From Tubiluchus corallicola (Eukaryota; Animalia; Priapulida): 64,000 nucleotides of DNA. Each line of letters starts with the position of its first letter. Position 1 is the stretch's first letter. Shown in pieces: positions 1-52,100 of the stretch. The notes under the pieces are model-generated. The model was not told the DNA's origin and ran no database searches. It saw only the letters and a list, made by a program, of their open reading frames with translations. The translations under genes were made by a program, and so were the position numbers. The stretch spans positions 124,001 through 188,000 of the forward strand of contig JAQGDQ010002368.1 of assembly GCA_030141605.1 (NCBI GenBank), read 5' to 3'.

Positions 1-99
1 CTTTCGGTGCTGGTGACCAATATCCCAGTTACAGAACCTGATGATAGTAGTGACATATAGTATGAATATTAAACATGTATTATACTATCCTTATTACAG

Positions 100-31399
<31,300 letters not shown>

Positions 31400-32031
31400 T
31401 ACTGGCTGTTTGAGATCAAGGTAACAGGGTGATGTTTTGTGGCTGTCGCATAGCCATTTTGCACGCTTTGCAACTGTAAGTCGTGAGCAAGAAGAAACCG
31501 ATGTGGCTATAGGTAGTTGTTTAAACGTGTCAGCCAACAGGCTCAACTTGCACAAAGAAAGCAAATGTTGGGATTTGACAAACTGTTAAATTAAGGCAGT
31601 TTTAGGAAGCGTCGACGTCAACTGTTTGGAGAGTAAATCAAAGCAGCCTTTGATTGTATACCACTGACTTGACTACAAGATCTTGGTTGATGAAGTATTA
31701 TACACCTAAAGATGAAAGGTGTCATTTTCTTGTGCACATGAACATTTTGTGGGGCACTGTGTAAATTTCCCATCAAGCTTAATTTAAAGCTTATGAAAAT
31801 CATCATTGATAGAGGGAAATTTCTGAACATGTGATGAAATTTGATATGTATATTGAAGAATATAGATGTGTTGTTGTGTGGATGATGCTGGCTTTTGTGT
31901 AATTGTGAATACGAAACAAACAAATTTTTACGTTACATTTCATAACGGTTGTTTATTGTACATAAACTTGCTGTACAGATCTAAAATCACTTAATGAGTG
32001 GAGGGGTAGGCAGGACATTTGCAAAGAATGA

Positions 32032-33137
32032 GGTGATTTCAGGTCTTTGTGCACTGGTTTACACCTTCGGTGATTTCAGACGTTTGCATACTGGTTAACA
32101 CCTCTTGTGATTCAGGTCTTTGTGCACTGGTTTACACCTTAGGTGATTTCAGGTCTTGCACACTGGTTAACACCTTAGGTGATTTCAGGTCTTTGCACAC
32201 TGGTTAACACCTTAGGTGATTTCAGGTCTGTGTGCACTGGTTTACACCTTCGGTGATTTCAGACGTTTGCACACTGATTAACACCTTACATGATTTCAGG
32301 TCTATGTGCACTGGTTTACACCTTAGGTGATTTCGGGTGTTTGCACACTGGTTAACACCTTAGGTGATTTCAGATCTTTGTGCACTGGTTAACACCTCTT
32401 GTGATTGCAGGTCTTTGTGCACTGGTTAACACCGTAGGTGATTTCAGGTCTTTGCACACTGGTTAACACCTTAGGTAATTTCAGGTCTTGTGCACTGGTT
32501 GACACCTTAGGTGATTTCAGGTCTTTGTGCACTGGTTTACACCTTAGGTGATTTCGGGTGTCTGCACACTGGTTTACACCTTAGGTGTTTTCAGGCCTTT
32601 GCGCACTGGTTAACACCTTAGGTGATTTCAGGTCTTTGTGCACTGGTTTACACCTTAGGTGATTTCAGGTCTTTGCGCACTGGTTAACACCTTAGGTGAT
32701 TAAAGGTCTTTGTGTACTTGTTTACACCTTAGGTAATTTCAGGTCTTGTGCACTGGTTGACACCTTAGGTGATTTCAGGTCTTTGTGCACTGGTTTACAC
32801 CTTAGGTGATTTCTGGTGTTTGCACACTGATTAACACCTTAGGTGATTTCAGGTCTTTGTTCACTGGTTAACACCTTACATGATTTCAGGTCTATGTGCA
32901 CTGGTTTACACCTTAGGTGTTTTCAGGCCTTTGCGCACTGGTTAACACCTTAGGTGATTTCAGGTCTGTGTGCACTGGTTAACACCTTAGGTGATTTCAG
33001 GTCTTTACGTACTGGTTAACACCTTAGGTGATTAAAGGTTTTTGTGTACTTGTTTACACCTTAGGTGATTTCAGGTCTTTGCGCACTGGTTAAAACCTCG
33101 TGTGATTTCAAGTCTTTGTGCACTGGCTATCACCTTA
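32032..33137. repeat. 37-bp minisatellite, ~30 copies
   Basis: Unit ggtgatttcaggtctttgtgcactggtttacacctta, head-to-tail without spacers. Confidence 0.95.
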
Positions 33138-34236
33138 TACCTTTGGATTTTGTGCAACTCTAAATAGAGACTGTAGAAAAGTAGTGTCCATAGTCATGCA
33201 AATGTTGATGTTGCTTGACTATCAAAAGTGCTTCCTTTGCTGAGGATGTCCTTTCCTATTATGATGAGGAGTTTTTCAAACAAGTAATAATAGCATATGA
33301 AGACGATCTAGACATTATTTGCTTAGTCTGTAAAAATTTTGTCTTCTCAATAAAGAGCTGTACACACTATATAAAACCCTGACTGAATTTGGTTTTATAT
33401 TTACTGGAGAGGGAACGGTATATGGCATGAAAATTGTTCTAGTAATGCTGTAATCTCAGTAACTGTTAGATAGCTTTTTTTAATAATTTGTCCCCAAACT
33501 GTGAATTGAAAATTGTGAATACTTGTTGCTGCCACGAAAGATATATAGCTCTCAAATTTTTCTGATGACAATGAGATATGTAATATGTAAGTAATACAGG
33601 AAAGTTTATGATTTTTGTATAACATCATATTATTTTGTGCCTACTACTTATTAGTAAGTATGTAGTAAGTACAGAAATTGAAAAGTTATGCAGAGAAGTT
33701 GTGAGTTGTTAATTGCTAAATCATAGTAACTTGCTAGTACAGTCATAAAATTTTTTACACAGTATTAGATGCAGTTTTTGAAACTAAAAACATTGTGTTA
33801 AGTTTAATTTGAAACATGGTAAATGGTGTTGCCATATCCTGTTTCAAGAATTTGTATACCAACTATTGAATTAGTACAAACGTTTATATGTAACGCTTGC
33901 AGTTACGATGCTTATAATTTGCTGCAGCAACTGCGTTTAAACAATCTGAATATCTTTACTCTTTTAGTTAATTTGTGTACATATGTAAATTTGAGTGTGT
34001 TTAACACATATGTTTGTGTGCAGCTTAATTCGTGTTGATGTTTCTTGGAAACTTAAATGCTTGAAATTTGAATTACAAATGCTTCATTTTGGAGAGCATA
34101 AGTGACATTCTTGTCCACATGTCTTTGATCACACAAAGTGGAGTTTGTTCAACAAACTACTTGAAGCAGCTGATGTAATAAAATTGTTTGCTTTGGGTGT
34201 GTTTGTTGCAATTTTGATGGCTTATGCAAACAAACA

Positions 34237-34555
34237 TTTGACAGTCAGTATTATGCCTTTATATGTAAATCAACTGATAACAATTTAAAATTAGCAGTTC
34301 ATGAAATGCTAATGTTTCCTGAATTTTCAAGCTTATTCAAATGCCTTTTTAAATTTGAAAGCAAGTTTGTAACTGGATGCAAAATTGACTAATATTTACA
34401 GTCAGTATTACGTCTTTATACATAAGTCGGCTGGCATAATAAAAATTTAAAATTAGTAATTCATGAAATGCCAATATTTCCTGAAATTTCGAGCTTTTTC
34501 AAATATTTTTTTTAATTTGATTGCAAGTTTGCAACTGATGCAAAGTTGACTAGTA
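34237..34555. repeat. Diverged tandem duplication (~160 bp period)
   Basis: acagtcagtatta...ttcatgaaatg...gcaagtttg...tgatgcaaa occurs twice. Confidence 0.75.
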
Positions 34556-35104
34556 TGTTACTATATTATGTACAATGTTCTTGCATACATGTATTACCAT
34601 GAATTTGACTTATTTTGATGTAAATTTTTTTATCTATCCATGGGATAGCAACGGTTTATGGGTGTCGATTGTGGGGCCTTAAACCTTGGGGCAGCTGCCA
34701 CACTTAGTCAAAAAGGCATCTATATTATTATTAATGACTTGTGAGATGGGATTTGATATTATTTTTCTTAGTCATTTGAATATTTTATACTTAACTTTAT
34801 AGTAGTAAAAGTCTTCACCAAAGCTCTTGCAATGCAGTCACATAGTGTAACTTATGTAAAATAGTATGTAATGTTAAATGCTGTTTCATATTTCTAGTCA
34901 TTGATCTAGTCAGTTAAGTATAACTTTTAATTTTGAATTTATCAAGTTCTCAAACAAATTGCAATATGATGCTTAGCCATCAAATATTATAAATCGGTTT
35001 AACACACATGATTTAGTTAGAATAATTTAATGACTTCATTTTTATTATATACAATTGTATATAATAATTTATATATTATATTATAATAATTTAATATAAC
35101 ATGT

Positions 35105-35326
35105 TATATAAAATGAAGTGAAATATTATGCATGCATATATCACCAATTTACAGTTTCCACATTACATTATGATGACATTATTTTGTAAAAAAATAAACA
35201 TAATCGAATTAAGTTGCTATATAAAATGAAGTGAAATATCATGCATACATATATCACCAATTTACAGTTTCCACATTACATTATGATGATATTATTTTAT
35301 AAAAAAATAAACATAATCGAATTAAG
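35105..35326. repeat. Tandem duplication (~113 bp period)
   Basis: tatataaaatgaagtgaaatat...cataatcgaattaagt occurs twice. Confidence 0.85.
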
Positions 35327-36561
35327 TATGCAAAAATTGTGAAAGTGTAATGTGTTTGAATCGATATTACATAAATTTACTGTTTGATTGCGGCGAGTAG
35401 GATGTTTTGTAATCAACTGGACATATAGCACCCTCCATTGGCATTCTCATATTGCTAACTATTATTATGTGCATGACTGTGATCAGATAACTACAACTCT
35501 GTGTTACAATAGGCTGTTTTTGCTGTTAGTCTTCCAGGAAATGGTGTGGTTTAATGGTGAATGTGACGGATTATGACCTTGGTGCTCCTAGAATAATGAA
35601 AATCTAATGGCCCCCTCAGACACAGCCACCCTCTAATTCGCCCTACATGCCTTGAATATTTCTTACTCGTGACATTTGCATAGCTTGAAACAAACATTAT
35701 TGTTGCTGTTGTTGTTGTTATCATCATTATCATTTTTATTATCATTATCATTATATTCTATAAAAAATTTTATACAGCAATTTACTTTTAGTGTTCAGTC
35801 GACTGCCGTCCGTTCCTAGCCGAGGCAGGACGGACATCACTGCGGCCTAAATTATGCTGCATGTCTTTGCTTAGGCTAACCAAACGTTTCAGCCAAAACG
35901 ACATACGATGTAGATCAACACAACGCAAATCAGTTTTAGTGAGTTGCTCATGTGCTATTTGCAGCATACGATTTCTACCCAGTTCCAATCCATCCTAATA
36001 ACCTGAGCATTCTTTACCCATGCTTGTGGTCTGGTCAGATAATTTTTTTGTTCACATACACTCAGTTGTTGTCGACCTGAGCAATGTTGCGACTCGCGGG
36101 AACTCGTAACTTCCTAGTTGCTGGATATCTGAGCGTGTGCGTACACGTCTATTTCCTGTAGGTGAACGTGAGTTGCGCTGCATCGCGAGTCTACCTAAGC
36201 TTGGCTTAATGTGATTTAGAACTTGTAGAACTGCTTTTCTGAATACCAACCAAATCTTGTATAGTATTTAACACGCCTACAATTTTGAATTGCATAGCAT
36301 TTTCATGAGACTAGAAAGCAGACTTAAAACAGTGGGCAGAAAATCGTTGAACAAAATTTCTGCATTATAAATATTTTGTCGACGTAATCAATTTTGAGTA
36401 GAGTTCTTTTACTGATTTTGACAGGGTTTTTTATATAATTTTGTTACAGTACGATTGACGAACTTGTTTAAATCAGAGTTATCACAGACAAAAACACAAA
36501 TAGAAGTTGTGACAATGCCATGCTGGTAATAACAATGCACAAAATGTACTGGGCAGCTCAC

Positions 36562-36801
36562 GTACCCATCAACCTAAAACTTTAATTTGTCTTTCGAGTC
36601 TGGATAGACATAAATTGTGATCCCATTTGATGAAGTTGGCGTTGAATAAGAAAATAAACAGGTTCGGTAGTTGGATGAACGGTCTATCTTCAGCCATGCA
36701 CAAACTGTAAATTCTGTTACGGATGCATGAGTTGAAACATTTTTTGAAAAATATTTACTGCTGCCACTTTTCTCAAAGTACAGCTCAGTTTGACAACTCC
36801 C
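36562..36801 (-). pseudogene. Relic exon encoding the N-terminal half of a pentraxin/LamG domain
   Basis: LYFEK...EFTVCAWLK...LFSYST...ITIYV; in-frame TAG at 36574-36576 before a gtgagc donor; no canonical AG after the pyrimidine tract. Confidence 0.6.
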
Positions 36802-39784
36802 AGAAAAAAAACAAGAAGTTTTGTTATAAACACGACATACCAAATTATAATTACCTATAATAACGCAAATCTATTTCTTAATTCGAAGAATGGGTGCAAT
36901 TGATTAGAAATTCTATAATTAAAAAATGATTTCAAAACAGTACCGTGATCCATAATCATGTGATCCATAATCACAGTGATTGTTTGGAACATCGTATTTT
37001 CTCTTTTTCTTAGTAGTGAAATTTTTCATTCATTATAGGGTAATTATCCAAATTCACAGAGTTCAGTTACAGAAGCAGTATAAAGCATACATTTATATGG
37101 GCACGTGCACAGAGAGAGATCACTTGCCTACATATTGATGAATATTTCGAAAGCGTGTGGCTCAAGGGCTGTTCTTGCCTAACATTTGAATGCAGTTTGC
37201 AAAACATGGTACAAATTGTTTGCTTAACAGCAAATCACAGAAAGTGTATTGCAATATGGCGCCCATTGTTTGTATCAGAATTTGCGTGAGTCTAGGAATA
37301 TCTCTGTGTGCAGGAACGACTTTTATATCAATGGCACAAAGTTTCTTTCTCAAAACGAAAACAATATCTGTTGTAGAGCGAAACGTTAGACAAGAGCCAT
37401 TTTAATGTAATGGCCACTTGTTGGAAAGGATGCAGCCCACTTATTTATAGTTGTTCTGTTATTATGCTAAAGGCTGGAATTGTTTGTTCAATATTTTCAA
37501 TGTCGTTTTGGCGTTTTATGCTTTGTGGTGTTTTTCGTGGGTTTAATTCAATCAGGTTTTATTTGTAGTGTTCTTGCTGCTACTGTCGCTGTTGTTGTTG
37601 TAGAACAAGCGTGCATGGAGGAGTAGTTGGAACACATAGGATAGAAAGAATATCCTTTTAAGGGATCATGAAATAAATCCCTCAAAGTGAAAATGGGATT
37701 TTTTATGTAAAATAATATCGTTGTCATTTTTAAAAGTCACAATTTACCTAAAAAACAGTGAGATGGAGTTTTTAAAACTAGATGTGTGTTCAGATCATTT
37801 TTATTGCTGAACTATAAAAATTATACTGATTGTAATATCTTGTGTTTTATTGGAATTTATGCGTCTTTGTGGAGAAATCCGAAATGAACTTTTTAGTCAA
37901 TGACTCAACCACTTAGTCAGTCAATCAAATCAATCAATCAATTGACCATATAATAACTCATGCGCAAACAGATATTTTATTTAACAAAAGTGCAATTTCA
38001 ACAAATTCAATTGAATTTATTTTACGTTATAACATTCTAAAAGATTATAAAAATTTACATCCAAATTTATATTGCTTGCACAACTTGTATTTGAGTACAA
38101 CTTCTAGCACTGTTACTTGTCCGACTCACTGCAAGTAAGAGTGTAGTTTAAACTGAGCAGTAACATCACACTATGTCAGCTTTAAACTGGGGTGCAGTTT
38201 TAATAAAAATAAAGTTCAATACTGTAAAAAAAACTTTGCCAAAAATCAACTGCTACTCTTGAAACGTTTGCGTGGAAGATGATGGTTTTGTTTGCAGTGT
38301 GCTTCTAGTATTTTCCAACCTGAAATGTTAAAATATGAGGCGTGATTATAAAATCACTTGTAAAATATAGAGTACAATCATGAAACTAATATTATGCTTT
38401 AATTCAACACAGTCTAGTTGATTACAGTTTAAATTATATAAACTAATTAATAAGTAGTGTAGCGCAGGCGCACCTTTTATTCTAAAATATGGCATTGGAT
38501 ACAAATTGGTGTTAATGATACAAGTCACCCCTAAAAATACCAGCAGTTTAAACCCAAATCTTCTGAATAATTTTTGTACAAGTATTTCGACTCTTATTTG
38601 CTAAACTCATACACCCGTTGCTTTCAACCGATCAGGTTTCGTTTTAGTTCTGATTTTGACATATGCGCTAGTTTCGGAAAGTCAACACTTGCTGTACTTT
38701 GGAGCTGTAGTGGTAATCAGGTTAACTAGAGATGGCTCGTCTTCGTATCTGTGCTTTCTTCTGACCAGACCTAGAGTTGTAGATACTAAGTATGTTATGT
38801 TTTTCTATAACTTTGCAAGGAATCCTGTCTCAATTAGTTCATGCTTTGCAAACAATCTAAATTTTTTTCAGCCGAAGTTGACACAAACAATAGCTAACCG
38901 TGTTATTCAATTCAACTGTGCTTTATTTTGCTTATGTTGAAACCATTATAAAGCTGCCCGCCCCCGTTTCTGCAGACCCGAATCACTCCCGGGTGGCGAG
39001 GCGCCACCAGCAGTTCAATAAGCATTTTTTCCAGTGATTAATTATAAATAATACGATTCGGAAAACATCGACCGCTTATGTAGGGATTTTATCAGTTCTT
39101 TCTGCATTAAACAACTTTTCAATGACTATGTCCCCAAATTTTATTATCATAAATCATTTTTACTTTTTAATGCATTTAATTGTACGAAAAATACCTGCAA
39201 AAAGCTTTTTTGGGTTATGTTTGCAAAACTACATTACTTGCGAATTCTGTCCGATGACTTTGCTCAGAAAATTCGTTTTGAAAATTCCTCTTCAAATTTC
39301 CGCACGGTAACCACGCAATTGTACTAAATGCTGAGCTTAAAAGCTACAGCTTCGAGGCCTAATTTCACTTTTTCGTCAACTTTCTGAATGTCGTTAATAT
39401 TAGTTTAGCGATTTGTAAGAGCGATGTCATCAAATTTCACGGACTTTCGTGAACTCCCAAGCAATGGCTTCAAATTTTGAGTAAAATTTCAATAGTGCAC
39501 GCAGTGCAAACTGCAGGAAAACTTGACAAATCAGATTATAGAACAACCAAAACGTGTTATATAATGATTTGCAATGTTTGGGTAGAGTAGAATTAGGCCT
39601 ATTGATCAAAACAAGTGTGGCTGGATTGGATTAAATACGCCGTGGGTCTCATTTCAAGGCAAGGTAGTAAAACAGACGTTTTATCCAGTATGTCAAGTCG
39701 TTCTCTGTTAAAATTTTGTCAGCTTAACTCCGATTAACAATTAAATGTGCAGCAAATGCAACTTTAATTTCAATATCATTCGTC

Positions 39785-40225
39785 ATTTTATTAACTTCGT
39801 CACATCATTATAATTTTATTAACTTCGTCACAGCATTATAATTTTATTAACTTTGTCACATCATTATAATTTTATTACGGTAACTTCCTCACAGTATTAT
39901 AATTTTATTAACATCGTCACAGCATTATAATTTTATAAACTTCGTCACATCATTATAATTTTATAAACTTCGTCACATCATTATAATTTTATTAACTTCC
40001 TCACAGTATTATAATTTTATTAACTTCGTCACAGCATTATAATTTTATTAACTTCCTCACAGTATTATAATTTCTTTAACATCGTTACAGTATTGTAATT
40101 TTATTAACTTCCTCACAGTATTATAATTTTGTTAACTTCGTCACAGCATTATAATTTTATTAACTTCGTCACAGCATTATAATTTTATTAACTTCGTCAC
40201 ATCATTATAGTTTTATTAGCTTGGT
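39785..40225. repeat. 28-bp AT-rich minisatellite, ~15 copies
   Basis: Unit cattataattttattaacttcgtcacag. Confidence 0.92.
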
Positions 40226-40429
40226 CAGATAATTAATTTAATAATTTTCGATACTTGATTAGCACAAATTATTTCGTTTAATCCAGATAAAATGAAGACT
40301 GGTCGTAAATGATATGATGTCATTCAGTCAAGTAAGTCATGGTGTAATAATGATTATGATTTATGACGATGATTAAAAAGTCATTTTGGACAACCATCTA
40401 GTAGGCAATTGGACCCATATAACTAGCAC

Positions 40430-47513
<7,084 letters not shown>

Positions 47514-47566
47514 CTGAAAAAATGGACAATTTCATCGTCCCTTGCTATGCCCCTCCCACCTCCTCT

Positions 47567-47618
<52 letters not shown>

Positions 47619-48021
47619 CTGACTGTGACCGTGACGAAGTAAAGTTGCTATCAAAGCTGTTCATATTTTGAAGTCAATTTTAACAACTTTATGTTACGCG
47701 TTATGTTGCTATAAATTTTATACCTACGTGTGTATGAATAGTACGCGGTTTCAGTGATGTAATTTAAATTCTGTGATAATTGATCTTATTAAAGTTATCA
47801 ACGAAATAAACATTGTTATAAGAACTATATTGTGTGGATTTGGCGCGAAAACCAAACGCCGAGAATTAGTGGAGGACCTACACAAAAGGCCCTAATCGGG
47901 TCGTTAACAATCAATGGTAATTTAAGGAAAATCAGTTCCTTGTGACAAAGACGTTCCCCTTGACATCCTCGGGCATTATAAGGCATCTATTATATCCTGA
48001 TTACGCTATACCTTCTTCAAA

Positions 48022-49197
48022 ATGAGTACCTCTGGCGTACTAGCCAGGAAAAGCTGTACTATTTGTAGACGCAGTAAGGAAATAACAAAAAGAGAAATAT
48101 ACTGCGAGGTGTGCGTTGGCTGTTTTCACAAGTTCTCAAATGATAACGAATCAGACTCTGAGACTGAAACTATTGGGACGCAGTCGGAGCCAAAACCCCA
48201 AGCGCCGAATGATGCTAGCAAAGCAGGCTTCCTTGATCTACTAAAAACTGAAATAATTCATTTCATTCAGGAAGAGAACGATATCAACAAGCTGACCGAA
48301 ATATTAAACCGGCTGAAAAAAATATCAGGTGATCCTGTCATGGATAAACTAAATCAGATAGAACAATCAATAGAAAAGCTGTCGGGAACAGAACGCAGAC
48401 CTTCCGGCCTTACTTCCTATAGCAATGCTGTGAAAAAAGACCTGCAAACGTCTGTTACTTCTCGAAAGCGTCAGTTTCCAAATACACAAAATCGCATTGT
48501 TCAATATGATCCAGCTAAAACAGTTATAATAGAAAATGTTAAAGACAAAAAACTTGTAGAGACCAGCGCATCAATTAAAACAAATCTGTGTAAGTATTTT
48601 CCACGTGTAAGATTTGAAATAGCCTACAGAACTGCTCGAGGAAACATACAAATTCAGTTAAAAGATTCTGAAACTGCCGATGAAATAATAAGCTCATGGA
48701 ACCCAACTTATATGGGTACCGACACGAAAGTCAGAAAACCAAATAAGTACTCTATTGGAGTGATCAAAGACTGTGACCCGGAATTGACTGAAGACGAAAT
48801 AAAGGCGGCAATTGAACAGAAGTTCCCAGTAATCGAAGTAGAGCGATTTAAACGGAAGAACGGAGCCAATATGCCAATAGTTAAGGTGAAATTTAGCTCA
48901 GACGTTGAACTACAACGTGCAATACAGGAGGGAATTCCTATAAAACATCTTCTGTGCGAAGTAGAACAATATATCCGAAAACAAACACCTTTACGCTGTT
49001 ACAAGTGTCAGTCTTTTGGACACGTTGCTAAGTGGTGCAGAAATAAAGCCAACTGTGGTAAATGCGGAAATCTGCATAAAACATCTGAATGCAACAGCAA
49101 AGAGATAAAGTGCTACAATTGCAAAAGTGAGCATGAAGCCAATTCCAAGAATTGCTCTACATACTTAGATCAGTTAAAAAGACTTAACCGTATCTAA
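48022..49197 (+). CDS. LINE ORF1, gag-like nucleic-acid binding protein
   Basis: Three C-terminal knuckles CYKCQSFGHVAKWC / CGKCGNLHKTSEC / CYNCKSEHEANSKNC. Confidence 0.93.
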   Translation: MSTSGVLARKSCTICRRSKEITKREIYCEVCVGCFHKFSNDNESDSETETIGTQSEPKPQAPNDASKAGFLDLLKTEIIHFIQEENDINKLTEILNRLKKISGDPVMDKLNQIEQSIEKLSGTERRPSGLTSYSNAVKKDLQTSVTSRKRQFPNTQNRIVQYDPAKTVIIENVKDKKLVETSASIKTNLCKYFPRVRFEIAYRTARGNIQIQLKDSETADEIISSWNPTYMGTDTKVRKPNKYSIGVIKDCDPELTEDEIKAAIEQKFPVIEVERFKRKNGANMPIVKVKFSSDVELQRAIQEGIPIKHLLCEVEQYIRKQTPLRCYKCQSFGHVAKWCRNKANCGKCGNLHKTSECNSKEIKCYNCKSEHEANSKNCSTYLDQLKRLNRI

Positions 49198-52100
49198 TGG
49201 CTGCATCTTCTAGGTGTCTCAGTGTATGCCAAATTAATATCAATACTTTTTCTGTTCGTTCACAATATGCGTTAGACAAGTATGTAAACTCCTACTACTT
49301 TGATATTGTTACAGTACAGGAAGTGAAAGCTAAACAATACGATGATGTGACTCTAACTAATTATCAAAGTTATGTCAAAAATAAGGACCCAAATACAAGT
49401 GGATGTGCAGTATTCGTAAAAAATGGATTGATTAGTTGCAGACTACACGAATTAGAAGATAACAACACAGATACAATTTGGGTTTTAGTTAAAGGCAAAG
49501 GTTTGAAAATGATTGTAGCTTCTGTATATGTTCTGCCAAACAAAGTCGAACACATGCAATCAATGCTAGCTTCTTTCAAAAAGGCCTGCCTATTTTCTGA
49601 TCAACAAAGCCTAGACGGTGTTATGTTAACTGGAGATCTGAATAGTAGAAGTTTTATGTGGGATGTAAAAACTAACTCACATGGGCAGCTTTTAAATGAC
49701 TTTGTATGGTCTAGCACATATCCAGTACTGCCTGTTGCACCGTTGGTTGAAACATTTAAATCAGCCCACGGCAAAAGCATCATTGATATTGTATTGCTAA
49801 CAAACAATCTTGCGTCATTACCGGTGACACAAAGCGTTGACGACGAGGTTGAATTGTTTAGTGGAGCTCCGTTAATGGGCCACTTTCCAGTCATTACTAA
49901 GTTAGGTGCATCTTTCCATAACTATAGCACAACAGCAAAGCGTACTGTCTTCGATTTCAAAAGCAGTAATTGGCATAGCTGGTCAGGTTATTTAGAAAAT
50001 AGTTTGCGCTCTAATTTTGCGCTCCTTAACGATGCTATAATGCGAGAGGACCCTATTGAGCTGTGGCAGTTGTTTCAGAAATTAATAAAAAACAGCAATG
50101 AAGCTGTACTACCAAAGAAAGTTATATGTAATCACTCAAAACCGTTTTGGACTCAAAACTTAAGTTTTTTGTCAAACAATGTACGAAGGTTGAGAAAAAT
50201 CTATCTAAAGCATTCTAATATTCACAATAGGAACCGGTATCTTGAAGAAAAGAATAAGTTTGATGAAGAACTTCGCACAGCTGCTGATAACTGGCTTTAT
50301 AAAAAGTGTGTCAACTTAAATGTTCGTAAAAGTAATGCATTCTGGAGAGAATATAAGAAAATATTTACTGGTAGAGCAAATTCAGATATCGGCATGCTAA
50401 AATATGAAGGAAACATATATAGCGAAAATCAAGATATTTGTGAGGTACTATACAAAAATTTTTTAAGTGGAGATCACGTAAACGGTGCAAATTTTGATTA
50501 TTTTTGGCAGCAGCAAGTAGAGGGGGAAGTTTCTCGCTATGATTATAGAGGCATGGTGCCCCTTGCTATAAACGGTAACTTTACAATGGATGAACTAAAC
50601 ATTGCAATAAAAGAAACAGTCACGCAGGGCCAAAGCACCGACTGCGATGGCTTTCATCCACTGATGGTTAAACACCTTGGCTTCTGGGCCAAGGCCGTTT
50701 TTCTATACTTGTGTAATCTTTGTTTAAGTAAAAGCGAGTGGGTTTGGCGTGAATCCAATGTAATATTCATTAAAAAGGAAGGCAAAACAAATTATACGGA
50801 TCCTGGTAGCTTTCGACCCCTGACGCTCTCATCCTATTTTGGCAAATTTGCTGAACGTTTACTGTCAAATCGATTGAGAACTTACATATCTGAAAATGAT
50901 CTGATAGACGAAGTGCAGGAAGGTTTCATGGCAGGTCGCAATACCGGTCGCTATTTGATTCGCTTAATATCAAATATTCAAAAGCATTTACTACAAAATG
51001 ATGTCTGTCTGTCTATCTGCTGTGATTTCCAGCGCGCTTTTGACAGCGTCTGGTTGGATGGTCTACTGTTTAAGCTATATGAGGCCGGCTTTAAAGGTAG
51101 AATTCTGGGTCTTATTAAGACTTTTCTATATGAAAGGAATGTGCGCATCAAGGTCAATAACTATACTTCTCAGGAATACTGTTGTAAGATAGGTCTGCCA
51201 CAGGGGTCAGTCATCTCCCCGGTGCTATTTAATTTTTATGTGTCCGACATGTTTGACGAAATCTTAGCAATATCAAATACTGATAATTTTAAATATGCAG
51301 ACGACGGAACAATACTTGTAGCTTGTTCTTCCGAATATGAAACGCTTAGAACTAGTCAGCTGTGCTGTGATAAACTCTATAATTGGTGTTTTAAATGGCG
51401 GCAGATACTAAATTGCTCGCAAGGAAAAACTGAAGTAATTCCATTTGGCCTTCATGATTTAAACGACTGCTTAAAATTTGGAACCAATGATGTTAGTTAC
51501 GTGCAAAGTAGTAAAGTTTTAGGAGTTACAATCGACAGTAATTTGTCATTTGAAAATCATGTAAGTAAGGTTAGAAGACAAGCTTGGAATAGGTGGATGT
51601 CAATTAAGCGTAAGAGTATGCTGTATAAAGGCTTCAGTCTCAGTGTTATCATTGCTCTATTTAAGACTTTAGTTTTACCAATTATAATGTATGCTGCTCC
51701 AGCCTGGATGGTAAGAAAGCACTCATTGTTTGACGATCTGTTGTATGACGTTATGAAAACTGCTACTGGTTGTCACTTTCACCCCTCAAAAGACAAACTA
51801 GAGTTAATTTGTGGGCTACCCCCACTTGATATTATATTTAAGGGAATCACAGTAAAATTTATGCTAAAATCTCTAGCAATGTCGGATTCAGATTTAGTCA
51901 AAACTCATATAATAGAGATTAGTCGTGATCCCACAATCGGTCATAGACATTTCATTCGAGAATTACTGGCTTCTAGTAGTCAATATTTAAAATTATGTAA
52001 AAATTATAATTCACGTACTATTGATTACGGTAGTATACCACTGAATATCCTTGAGTACAAAAAACAGGATATTGAGCATTTTATAACACACCTATGGAAA

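Noticed and set aside
32032-33137. CRISPR-like array (37-bp units with dyads)
   Set aside because: Units are contiguous with no unique spacers, the context is eukaryotic, and there are no cas genes.
35788-36249. Two 65-66 aa minus-strand ORFs as further TTLL4-like or pentraxin exons
   Set aside because: No recognisable motifs, and I could not link them by splice phase.
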